DNA of 56,244 nt, taken from positions 1 to 56,244 of the IMG/VR virus record IMGVR_UViG_3300032291_002769. The stretch is one strand, 5' to 3'. The stretch comes from a virus (Duplodnaviria; Caudoviricetes). The notes beneath the pieces were generated by a model, which saw only the letters and a program-made list of their open reading frames with translations, was not told where the DNA came from and did no database searches. Every line of letters starts with the position of its first letter. Position 1 is the first letter of the stretch. A program made the position numbers and the translations under genes. Positions 1-9,460 of the stretch are shown piece after piece.

Positions 1-31
1 AAAATCCCACCTATAAAGATAAGATTTAATT

Positions 32-283
32 TTACTTCTCAATGGGTTTGACCATCTTTATATTAACGGTTGGTGTGTCCATCCATTGTCCGTTACACAT
101 TTTTATGGTGCTCATCCCACTTTCGTATGACAATACCTGTGTCGCTTCAATTTGTGATCCATCATTTAATATTACTAATTCATCACAAACTTTATTATTT
201 TGGGATGAGAGATATACAAAATAACCAAATGTTACAGATGTTAATATCATCATTAAAATTATAAGTATACTTTTTCTTATCAT
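32..283 (-). CDS. hypothetical membrane protein
   Basis: 83 aa ORF with N-terminal hydrophobic helix, co-oriented with neighbours. Confidence 0.6.
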   Translation of the reverse strand: MIRKSILIILMMILTSVTFGYFVYLSSQNNKVCDELVILNDGSQIEATQVLSYESGMSTIKMCNGQWMDTPTVNIKMVKPIEK

Positions 284-296
284 ATTATTTATTTTT

Positions 297-1109
297 TTAT
301 TTAGTGTATTTTTGTTTTATTTTTATAAAATTATTATTCTTACGTTTAAGTCCATAATCAAAAAATAATGGCTCTAATTTTAGAATTTCTTTACCATAAA
401 TTTTTAAAACCGAAGATTTATGATTCTTTTTTGAGATACTTTTATAAATATTAAATTTTTTTACTTCTAATTTGTTAATAAAATTTACCAACTCTAAATA
501 TTGATAATCATAGGTTGAGGCAATTTCAAAAAAAGCTCCTCGACCACTTAACCCAATACTCCCGTCACCATCAAAATAACCTTTCCAAAAGTAGATTTTT
601 AATTCATCTGGTATTTTATTTAAAATTAATGTTGGTTCTTTGGATGATTTATATTTATAATCATTACTATATAAAAATTCATACAAATCTTTATTGTTAG
701 TTGTAAATAATGTTACTTCACTATACGTACCTCTTTTTCTTTTTTGTATATTCCAGTCACCAAAACTTAAAAAAATATCACTAACAGTTATAGCATCTGA
801 AGATTTAATTTCTATGGAAACCACATTGTGTGTTATGTTGTTACTAACATAGTTATGTATATACCCATCAGCCCATAAAAACCCTAAAAAATATACAACT
901 TCTTTTTTTGTGATATTATTAAAATTATCAATAGAAACTTTTTGTAATGTTGGATGTGTTTGTTTATTTATAACTTTAATTCCCATTCTAATTGCCATTG
1001 CGTTTATTGCATCTAACTTTCTCCCACCAACAAATGGTTGACAATATTTACTACCGTATTTTGGGTAATTTTCTTTTAAAAATTCAATTTCATCTTCTTT
1101 CCACTTCAT
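297..1109 (-). CDS. free-standing LAGLIDADG homing endonuclease
   Basis: two LAGLIDADG-like helices (YFLGFLWADGYI, YFWKGYFDGDGSI) and N-terminal WKEDEIEFLKENY HTH-like segment; lower GC than neighbours. Confidence 0.85.
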   Translation of the reverse strand: MKWKEDEIEFLKENYPKYGSKYCQPFVGGRKLDAINAMAIRMGIKVINKQTHPTLQKVSIDNFNNITKKEVVYFLGFLWADGYIHNYVSNNITHNVVSIEIKSSDAITVSDIFLSFGDWNIQKRKRGTYSEVTLFTTNNKDLYEFLYSNDYKYKSSKEPTLILNKIPDELKIYFWKGYFDGDGSIGLSGRGAFFEIASTYDYQYLELVNFINKLEVKKFNIYKSISKKNHKSSVLKIYGKEILKLEPLFFDYGLKRKNNNFIKIKQKYTK

Positions 1110-1126
1110 AATGTTATGTATATACT

Positions 1127-1133
1127 ATAAATA
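1127..1133 (-). promoter_or_regulatory. putative late promoter TATTTAT
   Basis: recurrent motif upstream of the LAGLIDADG gene. Confidence 0.55.
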
Positions 1134-1170
1134 TCACCAACATTACAAAAATCCCTAATATTTAAAAATT

Positions 1171-2631
1171 TTATCTCAATTTATTTCTGATTTCCTTTAA
1201 TGTTGTTTTGTTATAAAACTCACCATCTTGGTAGATTGTTTGGAGTGCTCCAATAGATTCTCCATCCCAAGATTGTTTGTCAAACAAAATAAAATCCCCA
1301 TTACTATTTTTAGTTACGTGTAACAAACCTGTTGCCGATTTCTTTGTTCCATCATCTGTGATTGGGTCCTTGAAGATCTCTCTACCAACTCCATCGACTT
1401 CAACGTAAGTTGCTTTAACGGCACCACCTTGATTATCTCTGGTTGCATATCCCATTGAGTATGAACCAACACCAAGAACCACATTTGTTGACGCAAATCC
1501 CTTTGTTTCCAATCTTTTACAGATTTCATCAGCTCTTTCAATCGTAATAGAATCGCCGTACAAGGCCCCAATGTGTGGATCTAAAACTTTATAACCTTGT
1601 TCGTTTACTGTTCCTCCGAATACACCCCAAAGTAATTCAATTACTCCATGTCTTTCAGGTAATTTATTGCACGCGTCATCCGCCATTCTTTGAGTACCAC
1701 AAAGAATATCCACCGGATCTCCAGAGTCAGGACGAATAACAAGTTTACCGTCACGAGCCATAATCTCATCTTTCAATTCAACAACAAACTTTGTACAAAC
1801 GTCCCACAGATTGAACGAATCTGATACTAAACTTAATATACCGGTTGGATATTGTTTGATTAATCGTCTAAACCCGTCAATTTCATTTTCTTTACCATAT
1901 GCTGTCATAACTGCGTGTTCTGATGCCGGAACTGAAAATGCAACATTTTCATCTCCATAATAATATTTGACAGCTTGTAGTGTTGGTATTGTATCGGTTC
2001 CCGAAAATGATGTTAAAAATCCCATCCCTGAGCTAATTGCCGATTCAGGATGTTGCATACCTCTAAATGAAAAATCGTGTCCTTGGAAATCAACAAAACC
2101 AATGTTTGTTTTATCTGTTTTTTCGGCGTGTTTTACCAATATTTTTTTATACCCATACGCTAATGATGCTGAATGTACTGGTTTCCATATTAAACTTGAA
2201 ATTAATGTCTCCAAGAAATTAGGCAACCAAAAGAAATCCGGATGTGTATTATAGATTGTCAACATTGGTATTTTTTCTGTTATAACAGTTCCTTCTGTTA
2301 AACCTTTCACTTTGATTGGTAAATAACCAAGATCGTGTAATGCTTCAAAATGTGAACAATCATAATCGGTTCCCAAATAGTTACTTAAAAATGTTTTTGC
2401 TTCACCAACAACCTCATCTTTTGGTCTATTAAAAAAGTTTTCTTGGTATAATTCGTGAATGTAAGTCATTACATATTGCAAACCAAAAACAACAATATCT
2501 TTTGCGTTCTCTGGCATTCGTTTAACACTTCTTGGTGTAAAGTTTGAATAAACTAATGTTGTTCCTTCCGGATACATTTTGTGATGTGATGTTTTATAAC
2601 CATCTGTCATCGATAGTGGATTGTTTTTCAT
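1171..2631 (-). CDS. nadV: nicotinamide phosphoribosyltransferase-like protein (Namat of NARP1?)
   Basis: TDGYKTSH, HDFSFRG, SVPASEHAVM, VIRPDSGDP, YGDSIT and KDPITDDGTKKS motifs of the Nampt family. Confidence 0.92.
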   Translation of the reverse strand: MKNNPLSMTDGYKTSHHKMYPEGTTLVYSNFTPRSVKRMPENAKDIVVFGLQYVMTYIHELYQENFFNRPKDEVVGEAKTFLSNYLGTDYDCSHFEALHDLGYLPIKVKGLTEGTVITEKIPMLTIYNTHPDFFWLPNFLETLISSLIWKPVHSASLAYGYKKILVKHAEKTDKTNIGFVDFQGHDFSFRGMQHPESAISSGMGFLTSFSGTDTIPTLQAVKYYYGDENVAFSVPASEHAVMTAYGKENEIDGFRRLIKQYPTGILSLVSDSFNLWDVCTKFVVELKDEIMARDGKLVIRPDSGDPVDILCGTQRMADDACNKLPERHGVIELLWGVFGGTVNEQGYKVLDPHIGALYGDSITIERADEICKRLETKGFASTNVVLGVGSYSMGYATRDNQGGAVKATYVEVDGVGREIFKDPITDDGTKKSATGLLHVTKNSNGDFILFDKQSWDGESIGALQTIYQDGEFYNKTTLKEIRNKLR

Positions 2632-2664
2632 AATTTTATTTTTTTTATTTTTTTTTATTTTGTT

Positions 2665-3222
2665 TTAATTCCAGTCAATTTTTGGACAATACTTATGGTA
2701 TTTCGCCTTAATAAATTCTATTAAGATATTTGGTTTCGGTTCGTAGGGAACATAATCTGGATTAATCATATAATCATCCAATTCCTCATTCCAAATAAAT
2801 CGTAAATGTTTTTGTTGTTTTTTTTCTTTTCTACGTTTATATAGATATATCGGTAGAGCTATCAAACAACCTATAATTACACCAATCCAAAGTCCAATAC
2901 CAATCATTTGCCACGCATTAAATGTTGTATCCTTTGGAAACCACCCAACAAATAAATAAGTTATTGGAAATATAGCAATGAATATAAAAAACATCAACAA
3001 CCAACTAATAAAACTAACGGTAAGTCTTTCCCTAAAATCAAAATCCCCATAGTGAATCCTTTTAGAAAATATTGTTGGTAAGGTAATAATTCCAACCGGA
3101 ATTAAAAGTATATACATAACAACCAACTTCCAAAAGTATGGACATAAATTTGTTGGCATATCTTCGGTTAAATAAAACCAACGATAAAGGCGTGCACTAA
3201 TGCTGTTTTGATTTAATTTCAT
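2665..3222 (-). CDS. hypothetical membrane protein
   Basis: three hydrophobic segments, NLCPYFW and YCPKIDW motifs. Confidence 0.7.
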   Translation of the reverse strand: MKLNQNSISARLYRWFYLTEDMPTNLCPYFWKLVVMYILLIPVGIITLPTIFSKRIHYGDFDFRERLTVSFISWLLMFFIFIAIFPITYLFVGWFPKDTTFNAWQMIGIGLWIGVIIGCLIALPIYLYKRRKEKKQQKHLRFIWNEELDDYMINPDYVPYEPKPNILIEFIKAKYHKYCPKIDWN

Positions 3223-3226
3223 AATT

Positions 3227-3646
3227 TTATTTTGTTAATAGATAATATGTTAAGAATAATTGTGTGTAATGAAGGACCTGATCAAATCCAATAATCGTGA
3301 AGGCCCCAAAGTTTGGGATTGGACTTCCGTAGTGTTGGTCTGCAAACCTTTTACTAACAATTTTACTTGTAAAGTAATCGGTGATTGTGTGGAAAACAAA
3401 AGTAATCACAGGAAATAACAACATCCATCCTGACCACCCCAAATCTTTGGCCGAGTATCCACCAAAATGATTCCCACATATCGCAAATACAAACATCACA
3501 AAATACCAAACCAATGAATATGTGATCGTATGTTTAAGTAGAGGTGTTATACCCTTACTTTTATTGTTTGCCCATTCCTCGGCTTGGAAAATAAAATCGG
3601 CAACCCAATGGATAAAGATGATTGATAATACTACTATAAGTGACAT
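3227..3646 (-). CDS. DUF3307-like membrane protein
   Basis: HWVADFIFQ...K, HTITY, HTITD and GFDQVLH motifs. Confidence 0.8.
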   Translation of the reverse strand: MSLIVVLSIIFIHWVADFIFQAEEWANNKSKGITPLLKHTITYSLVWYFVMFVFAICGNHFGGYSAKDLGWSGWMLLFPVITFVFHTITDYFTSKIVSKRFADQHYGSPIPNFGAFTIIGFDQVLHYTQLFLTYYLLTK

Positions 3647-3647
3647 T

Positions 3648-4565
3648 TTAAAATACGTTTAATTGTTTAACAAATGAGTGAATTGTCTTGTGTCTTGAGA
3701 GCATATCTACAATTACCCCGTCCTGAATATCTTTTACACTATTAGTGCAAAATATACCGTCAAGATATTGTACTAAAAAGTCAAATCCTGAACTGAATAT
3801 ACCGTGAGTAACTACGAGATAGATTTTAGCATTTGGTTTTTGGTTTTTAATAGCTGTGGCAAGTTCAATAAACGTACGACCACCATCACATATGTCGTCA
3901 ACGATAACATACTTCATTTCATCACTATGATCTTCAATTGACGGAACTTCGGTTCTTAAAATCTTTCCGGTGTTTACATCTCTAACTTTACTGGCCGTAA
4001 TAATTTTGTTTATTTTAAAAAAGGTTGCAACATCAAATACTTTTTTATAAGCTCCGGCATCTGGTGAAACTAAACAGATACGTTCCTGTGCATCGTTCTT
4101 ATTATCAATTTCAGGTAGTGCCATTCTTAATAATTGGAAATTTGAATACTTCACAAAATTATTAATACATGCTTCCAAAACATCACTGTGAGGGTCCATA
4201 ATTCTAACCTCATCAAAATTTTGTGAATTAATAATTGGTGCAATTACCGTCTTGACATAATTAAGACCACCTTCCTGGAATTTTCTATCACTTCTTCCAC
4301 CAATACAGTATGGTATGTAAAGTTTAACAGACTTAACCCCAATTTCTTTTAATGCTTGGTTTGCACAGATTATAAGTTCAAGGTCTTGGAATGTGTTTAA
4401 TCTTGATTTTATTATAATTGGTGTTTTTTGTTCTGCTAAACTATAATAGGTGTCATAGTTATATTCCACAATCCTAATTGATTGCTGTCCGTCCGGAAAT
4501 CTACTTATCTCATAACTACAAGATAACACATCATCCGGATTTACTAAATTTAATGTTTCTACCAT
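3648..4565 (-). CDS. prs: ribose-phosphate pyrophosphokinase-like protein (Adps of NARP1?)
   Basis: FPDGQ, PY..GRSDR, DPHS, VSPDAGA, IVDDICDGGRTF and VTHGIFS motifs. Confidence 0.9.
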   Translation of the reverse strand: MVETLNLVNPDDVLSCSYEISRFPDGQQSIRIVEYNYDTYYSLAEQKTPIIIKSRLNTFQDLELIICANQALKEIGVKSVKLYIPYCIGGRSDRKFQEGGLNYVKTVIAPIINSQNFDEVRIMDPHSDVLEACINNFVKYSNFQLLRMALPEIDNKNDAQERICLVSPDAGAYKKVFDVATFFKINKIITASKVRDVNTGKILRTEVPSIEDHSDEMKYVIVDDICDGGRTFIELATAIKNQKPNAKIYLVVTHGIFSSGFDFLVQYLDGIFCTNSVKDIQDGVIVDMLSRHKTIHSFVKQLNVF

Positions 4566-4576
4566 TTTACTTTTTT

Positions 4577-5242
4577 TTATTTATTCAAATTTTTATATTC
4601 TTCCAATAACTTAATTTCTTGTACCCTAAAAAGTAATCTCAATACTCTGTGATCACAAAAAAAATTTTTACATCCAGTGACCGACATTTGGTATTTAACT
4701 TTACCAAAAATTTCTTCGTCTCTAAATTTTTTGGTTACAGCCTTTTTTAATTGTTTTTTATATTTACGTGGTGTTCGTTTATATGAATCATCAAAAAATC
4801 TTGGTGGATTTGGATCTTTATGTTTAAATCGTTTGTGTTTCTTACAATACCATTTACCTTTGTAATCTTGACTGTGTGCCGTTGGTATTTTACATTTACA
4901 ACATTTTGTCAATGGTTCAAATACGGTTGAAGAATACGAACAATGTTTACAATACGCATACCCATCAGTTCGATCTCTACGTTCCATTTCGTGATCACAA
5001 GTCATAACTTTTTGGTACTTTTCCCAACATTGATTTTCAGCTTCCTCAATGGTACTTCCTTCTCCCCTTAAAAAACAACTGGGATTCTTTGGGAAAGCCT
5101 CAAAGAATGCTGTTGTGTAACTATTTTCTGTTGATTTGGAATTAAGTACGATACCACTATCACCACATTGGACAAAAATTTCATCTAACCAAGGTTGTTT
5201 ACAAATATAGGGGTTGTTAGAGGAATTTCTAGCCGTTTTCAT
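4577..5242 (-). CDS. hypothetical Cys/His-rich protein
   Basis: FFEAFP...RGEG motif; CDH, CKHC, CCKC and CKKH zinc-binding patterns. Confidence 0.7.
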   Translation of the reverse strand: MKTARNSSNNPYICKQPWLDEIFVQCGDSGIVLNSKSTENSYTTAFFEAFPKNPSCFLRGEGSTIEEAENQCWEKYQKVMTCDHEMERRDRTDGYAYCKHCSYSSTVFEPLTKCCKCKIPTAHSQDYKGKWYCKKHKRFKHKDPNPPRFFDDSYKRTPRKYKKQLKKAVTKKFRDEEIFGKVKYQMSVTGCKNFFCDHRVLRLLFRVQEIKLLEEYKNLNK

Positions 5243-5254
5243 TTCTTTTTTTTA

Positions 5255-5286
5255 CAAAGTTAATCATTATTTTTTAATAGGTCAAA
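5255..5286 (-). promoter_or_regulatory. Bacteroidota-type sigma-A promoter
   Basis: TTTG (5286-5283), N20, TAACTTTG (5262-5255). Confidence 0.7.
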
Positions 5287-5287
5287 C

Positions 5288-5318
5288 AAAAAACCCCAAC
5301 TTTTTGTGTTGAGGTTTT
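5288..5318 (-). terminator. intrinsic terminator
   Basis: AAAACCTCAAC/GTTGGGGTTTT hairpin followed by U-tract. Confidence 0.75.
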
Positions 5319-5343
5319 ATTATTTCTTGTTGTTTGAAAATTA

Positions 5344-6291
5344 TTATTTAATGTTCAAAAATGTTCCGGATCCACCTGCAACTGTTGAAGGTAACACCCC
5401 ATTCCAACTTTGGGCTTTCAAATACTCAACATAAAGTGGTGTAATTTCTTTTTGTTTTAATTTCATTGCCAAGGCCAAGGCTTGTGCGTCAATTATAACT
5501 TTTGCCGAATCACCACGAGCGATTGCGATTTTTTCTTGAGCTTCAGCTTCCGCAACTAACTTACGTTGTGTCGCCGCCTGTGCCTCCTGAACCGCCTTTG
5601 TTTTACCTTCAATTGCCTTTTGAAGAGACTCTGGCGGTGTGATATTAGTTCTTAACTGTGATACTTCAAACCATTTAGATAATCTTTTATTACACTCAGC
5701 AACAATAGCGGCCTCAAATTCTTCTCTTTTATTAAAGATTGCATCCACTTCCCACTTGTTAGCCACGTCATTTACTGAAGAGACAATTGCGTTCATTAAC
5801 CATCCTTGTTCAATTTGTTTTATATCTAAACGTAAGTTCTCAAACATATTACCAATTGCCGTTGGTTTTAATGAATAGTTAAAACTTGGTTTAATTGTTG
5901 CTGCAAATCCACCTTTTGTAATCACGGTCTGATCTTTATATTCAATATGTTGTTGGAATGTAGGAAACTCTAACATCTGTTCTGTCCAAGTGTTGTATAA
6001 TACCCACCCCGTTTTATATTCATAACTTGACACGCCTCTTTTGTCACCGGTTAAATTAACTTTAATCCCAACGTGTCCTGCATCTACTCTATCTAATGCG
6101 AATGGTTGGATACTAGAGATTATAATACCTAAGACAAAAATACCAATTGGTTTTAGTATCCACATTGTGTTAAACATCTCTTTACTATCACCCCATCTGT
6201 CTGTTCCTGTTACATACATTCGGTCTCTTGTTGTAAATGCAATAAATCCTGCAATTACCAATCCTAAAATAAAAATTAAAGTACTAATCAT
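5344..6291 (-). CDS. SPFH/prohibitin (band 7) family membrane protein
   Basis: N-terminal TM segments, VDAGHVGIKV, Ala/Glu-rich coiled coil (AEAEAQEKIAIARG), WNGVLP. Confidence 0.88.
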   Translation of the reverse strand: MISTLIFILGLVIAGFIAFTTRDRMYVTGTDRWGDSKEMFNTMWILKPIGIFVLGIIISSIQPFALDRVDAGHVGIKVNLTGDKRGVSSYEYKTGWVLYNTWTEQMLEFPTFQQHIEYKDQTVITKGGFAATIKPSFNYSLKPTAIGNMFENLRLDIKQIEQGWLMNAIVSSVNDVANKWEVDAIFNKREEFEAAIVAECNKRLSKWFEVSQLRTNITPPESLQKAIEGKTKAVQEAQAATQRKLVAEAEAQEKIAIARGDSAKVIIDAQALALAMKLKQKEITPLYVEYLKAQSWNGVLPSTVAGGSGTFLNIK

Positions 6292-6490
6292 TTTTTTCTT
6301 CTTTTTTGTTAAATAATTTTATTGTTTCATTTATTACATACATAAGGACCCCAACCAACCCAACGAAACTTAACAGTTGGAGGAACCCGTTTACTTCTCT
6401 ACTGACGATGTATTCGCCAAACATTGTTCCGATTGCGATAAAACCTAACCAGATCAGAAACACTTTAAAAAACTTCATTTCATTTTTCAT
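6284..6490 (-). CDS. small two-TM protein
   Basis: two hydrophobic helices; overlaps the SPFH start. Confidence 0.65.
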   Translation of the reverse strand: MKNEMKFFKVFLIWLGFIAIGTMFGEYIVSREVNGFLQLLSFVGLVGVLMYVINETIKLFNKKEEKND

Positions 6491-6495
6491 AATTT

Positions 6496-6879
6496 TTAAT
6501 CGTTAATAAAAACACATTTGTCAAACTCATAAACTTGTCCCGATCTTGATGATATTACAACTAATTCAATATTATAACCAATAATGTTTAATTTTTCTGA
6601 TTTAAAGTTTTTACCTATTCCTATCACTTTTAAATCAAATGGTGGGTCAAATACTATCCCTTGTCTATATGATATTCTTTTAACTGTGTCAGTCCAGGTT
6701 GATAATCCGTATTTTCCATTATACCTAAACTTTCTACCAACAAATCTTGGAATATCAAAACTTTCATCTTCAACATCTGTTGATAATGGGTTTTTCTCAC
6801 CGGTTAATTCTTCATAATACGGATTAAGTTCTCCGGTGTATGGGTCGTGTGTTGGTATATTATTTGCCGAATTTTCCAT
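6496..6879 (-). CDS. hypothetical protein
   Basis: ORF in tightly packed operon; DPYTGELNPYYEELTG motif. Confidence 0.65.
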   Translation of the reverse strand: MENSANNIPTHDPYTGELNPYYEELTGEKNPLSTDVEDESFDIPRFVGRKFRYNGKYGLSTWTDTVKRISYRQGIVFDPPFDLKVIGIGKNFKSEKLNIIGYNIELVVISSRSGQVYEFDKCVFIND

Positions 6880-7054
6880 TAAATAATGCTTTCATTTGGT
6901 TCATTAGTTGAACTTGTCTTGTTTCCAATTCTTTAACTTTTTTCTTTTCTTCCTCATTTAGTTCAAAACTATTCGCTTTAATATCTGCTATCTCATTTTG
7001 AACTCTTCTATGTTCATTTAACATAGATTCATAAATCATTCTCTTATCGTTCAT
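6860..7054 (-). CDS. hypothetical coiled-coil protein
   Basis: ORF in operon. Confidence 0.65.
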   Translation of the reverse strand: MNDKRMIYESMLNEHRRVQNEIADIKANSFELNEEEKKKVKELETRQVQLMNQMKALFNGKFGK

Positions 7055-7301
7055 TTTTTACTATTGCTTTTGTAAGTTGGTTTATCAGTCCTTGAACCTC
7101 TCCAAATTCGTGGAATCTTACAATTGGATCCGTATTAAAAACATCAACATACCAATTGTCTTCCTTTATTTCTTCATTGACTGGTGTAATAAAAGTTAAA
7201 CCATCAACGATATCAAGTACATAGTAATAAGACTCATCATCATCGTGTTCTCTGATTTCTTCACTTTTAAAACCTAAAAGTATTAATTCTCTTTCTGTCA
7301 T
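7044..7301 (-). CDS. hypothetical protein
   Basis: ORF in operon. Confidence 0.65.
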   Translation of the reverse strand: MTERELILLGFKSEEIREHDDDESYYYVLDIVDGLTFITPVNEEIKEDNWYVDVFNTDPIVRFHEFGEVQGLINQLTKAIVKNER

Positions 7302-7302
7302 A

Positions 7303-7566
7303 TTACTTTGTTTCTATAATGTTATAAGTTCCTTCAACTAATCCCCAAGATGACTCTTCTTGAAATTGATATGTCTGTGCCACATCGTTTGAATCCATTG
7401 GTCTTGTTAAATACCAAACTTGGGTTTCTTTCCAAGTTACATTAACTAACTTACGACCTTTTGGTAGGTTAATTGTTCCTTCTCCACCCCAGGCTTTAAC
7501 TCTTTCATTTTCCGTACAGGATGTTACCATAACACCCATCATAATCGCTAAAAATACTTTTTTCAT
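7303..7566 (-). CDS. putative lipoprotein
   Basis: MKK, hydrophobic stretch and VTSC lipobox; KLVNVTWK...WYLTRPM motif. Confidence 0.75.
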   Translation of the reverse strand: MKKVFLAIMMGVMVTSCTENERVKAWGGEGTINLPKGRKLVNVTWKETQVWYLTRPMDSNDVAQTYQFQEESSWGLVEGTYNIIETK

Positions 7567-7817
7567 TTTATTAATTTTACTTTTTTTACTTCACCGTTTT
7601 TATCTGTTTTATATTTTATTCTTGCCGTGTCAACAATAATCCTATAATCATCATCCAAATCCAAACAAACCCAGTCACAAGTTTCGTGGTAATATAAATG
7701 GACGTGAATCTTTTCATTTTTTTTACACCTTAAATATGTAAATTCTTTATATTGCCAGTTAGAACAACTAACTAATAACATAATCAAAAATATACAGATA
7801 ATATTTTTCATAATCAA
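7563..7817 (-). CDS. putative lipoprotein
   Basis: LLVSC lipobox after hydrophobic signal. Confidence 0.6.
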   Translation of the reverse strand: MIMKNIICIFLIMLLVSCSNWQYKEFTYLRCKKNEKIHVHLYYHETCDWVCLDLDDDYRIIVDTARIKYKTDKNGEVKKVKLIK

Positions 7818-8074
7818 ATTTCTCTTGAGGTTAATTCTTTAAGTGCTTCGTCAACAATCTTCATATATTTTTCTTGTTTTTTTTTATGGTAAAGATATAA
7901 TAAAAAACAAATTGGATATACAATTAAAAAGCTAACAACAAAATTAAAAATTAATAATATAGATTGTATTAATCCAATAATTACTAACACCATAGATGAA
8001 TAAAAATGTTTATCAGCAATTGCGAGGTTTTTGTATGCTAAGGATAGTAATTCACTATCAGTTAAATTCTTCAT
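7814..8074 (-). CDS. hypothetical two-TM protein
   Basis: central hydrophobic stretch. Confidence 0.6.
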   Translation of the reverse strand: MKNLTDSELLSLAYKNLAIADKHFYSSMVLVIIGLIQSILLIFNFVVSFLIVYPICFLLYLYHKKKQEKYMKIVDEALKELTSREI

Positions 8075-8313
8075 TCTAATTCTTTTGATTTAACACTTTG
8101 GTGTTTGTTATAAAATCTCATTAATGTTGTTACCAGTTCAGGTATGTTATCAAATGCCCATCTTTCAGTTTCAATAACATAAAAATCACCACCACCACCA
8201 TTTTCTGTTTTGATTGTTAAATATTGACCGTCACTAGAATCACAACAATCGGGATCTTGTGTAAATGTCATTTTAAATTGTTGTGACAACAAATATGTTT
8301 TTCTATCTTCCAT
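8071..8313 (-). CDS. hypothetical protein
   Basis: GGGDFYVIETERWAFD motif; start moved to ATG at 8313, downstream of promoter. Confidence 0.7.
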   Translation of the reverse strand: MEDRKTYLLSQQFKMTFTQDPDCCDSSDGQYLTIKTENGGGGDFYVIETERWAFDNIPELVTTLMRFYNKHQSVKSKELE

Positions 8314-8328
8314 TTGTTTTATTTTCAA

Positions 8329-8359
8329 CAAAAATAAATATTTTTTTTTAATTACACAA
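8329..8359 (-). promoter_or_regulatory. Bacteroidota-type sigma-A promoter
   Basis: TTG, N20, TATTTTTG (8336-8329). Confidence 0.55.
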
Positions 8360-8573
8360 GTGTTATAATAATTTTTCCTGGATTTAAAAAATCTTCTTGG
8401 TATGTCATATTGTAATCATCAACACATTCTTTGACAACAATTTTCATTTGATTACTAATGCCGGTAATTATTGAAACTTCTTTTTGTTTCTTTTGCATAT
8501 TTTCCCAAATAAATTGGTCCAATATTTTTTTAACTTCGGAATGTTTAATCCCGTGAAGATCCAACTGTTTCAT
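8352..8573 (-). CDS. stand-alone Smr domain protein
   Basis: LDLHG...IITG...NPG motifs. Confidence 0.8.
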   Translation of the reverse strand: MKQLDLHGIKHSEVKKILDQFIWENMQKKQKEVSIITGISNQMKIVVKECVDDYNMTYQEDFLNPGKIIITLV

Positions 8574-8748
8574 AAACAACTATTTGATTTGTGAATATAT
8601 TTACATCCACATTGTGTTTACCAAGGTTATAAGTTGTGTAAGTCCCATCTAAATTATTAATTCTTAACATAAGAAAACCTAAATCAGAAACATAAATCTT
8701 TTCAACTTCACCAACACCTTTTGGTGTTAAAACTTTAACATTATTCAT
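8545..8748 (-). CDS. hypothetical protein
   Basis: ORF in operon. Confidence 0.6.
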   Translation of the reverse strand: MNNVKVLTPKGVGEVEKIYVSDLGFLMLRINNLDGTYTTYNLGKHNVDVNIFTNQIVVYETVGSSRD

Positions 8749-8848
8749 CTTTTTTACCCTTTTTATAATTAATATATAATTGTGCAGTTACCGCAACAAT
8801 AACTAAAATTATTACAATAAAATCTAAAATTGTCTCTAAATTGTTCAT
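8741..8848 (-). CDS. small single-TM protein (not in ORF track)
   Basis: MNNLETILDFIVIILVIVAVTAQLYINYKKGKKDE fills the gap and overlaps the next start. Confidence 0.6.
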   Translation of the reverse strand: MNNLETILDFIVIILVIVAVTAQLYINYKKGKKDE

Positions 8849-8850
8849 TT

Positions 8851-9156
8851 TTAAATAGTATAAGTTATTACGCCATTTTCTTCAACAACCTCTAAAACAC
8901 CATCACCCTCTAATAAATTATCAATCTGGTTTTGAGTTAGATTTACTTTATCCGGACCCATAAAAATTTTGAATGGTTGTGTTAGAGTTAGTTTTGAATC
9001 GGTTATTAGATTTATAATTTGTTCATTAGCACACTCAACAATACTTGGGTATTTACCTCCAACTGTAACAATTGCTTTATCCCCAACTTCAATTTTTTCA
9101 AGTGATACAAGGTATGGTTGTTCATCAACCATAAATAATTTAACTTTCTTTGTCAT
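8851..9156 (-). CDS. hypothetical protein
   Basis: ORF in operon. Confidence 0.65.
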   Translation of the reverse strand: MTKKVKLFMVDEQPYLVSLEKIEVGDKAIVTVGGKYPSIVECANEQIINLITDSKLTLTQPFKIFMGPDKVNLTQNQIDNLLEGDGVLEVVEENGVITYTI

Positions 9157-9460
9157 TTTCTTTCTTTATATATACATATTTATGGTTGTAATTTCCACAC
9201 TGATCACAGGAATTTCCTTCGTCAGATTCATCAACTTTATATTTGTATTCACCGGACAATTGGATAACAATTTCAGCAATTGTGGTCCAATCATTCATTC
9301 CCATACCACCTTTTAATTCGTGTAGTTTTGAAATCAACTTATCCTGTAAATGTTCAATTAACTTTGGGTCTCTATTATCGTACTCGTGAATAAATAATGA
9401 TTCACCGTCAATTTCAACGTCTGGACCAAAACAATTTTCACTTAATACAATTTTTTTCAT
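9140..9460 (-). CDS. hypothetical protein
   Basis: C-terminal CDQCG motif. Confidence 0.65.
   Translation of the reverse strand: MKKIVLSENCFGPDVEIDGESLFIHEYDNRDPKLIEHLQDKLISKLHELKGGMGMNDWTTIAEIVIQLSGEYKYKVDESDEGNSCDQCGNYNHKYVYIKKENDKES

Noticed and set aside
297-1170. Group I intron or intein housing the LAGLIDADG ORF
   Set aside because: Flanking genes look complete, there is too little non-coding sequence for an intron core, and no intein splice motifs are present.
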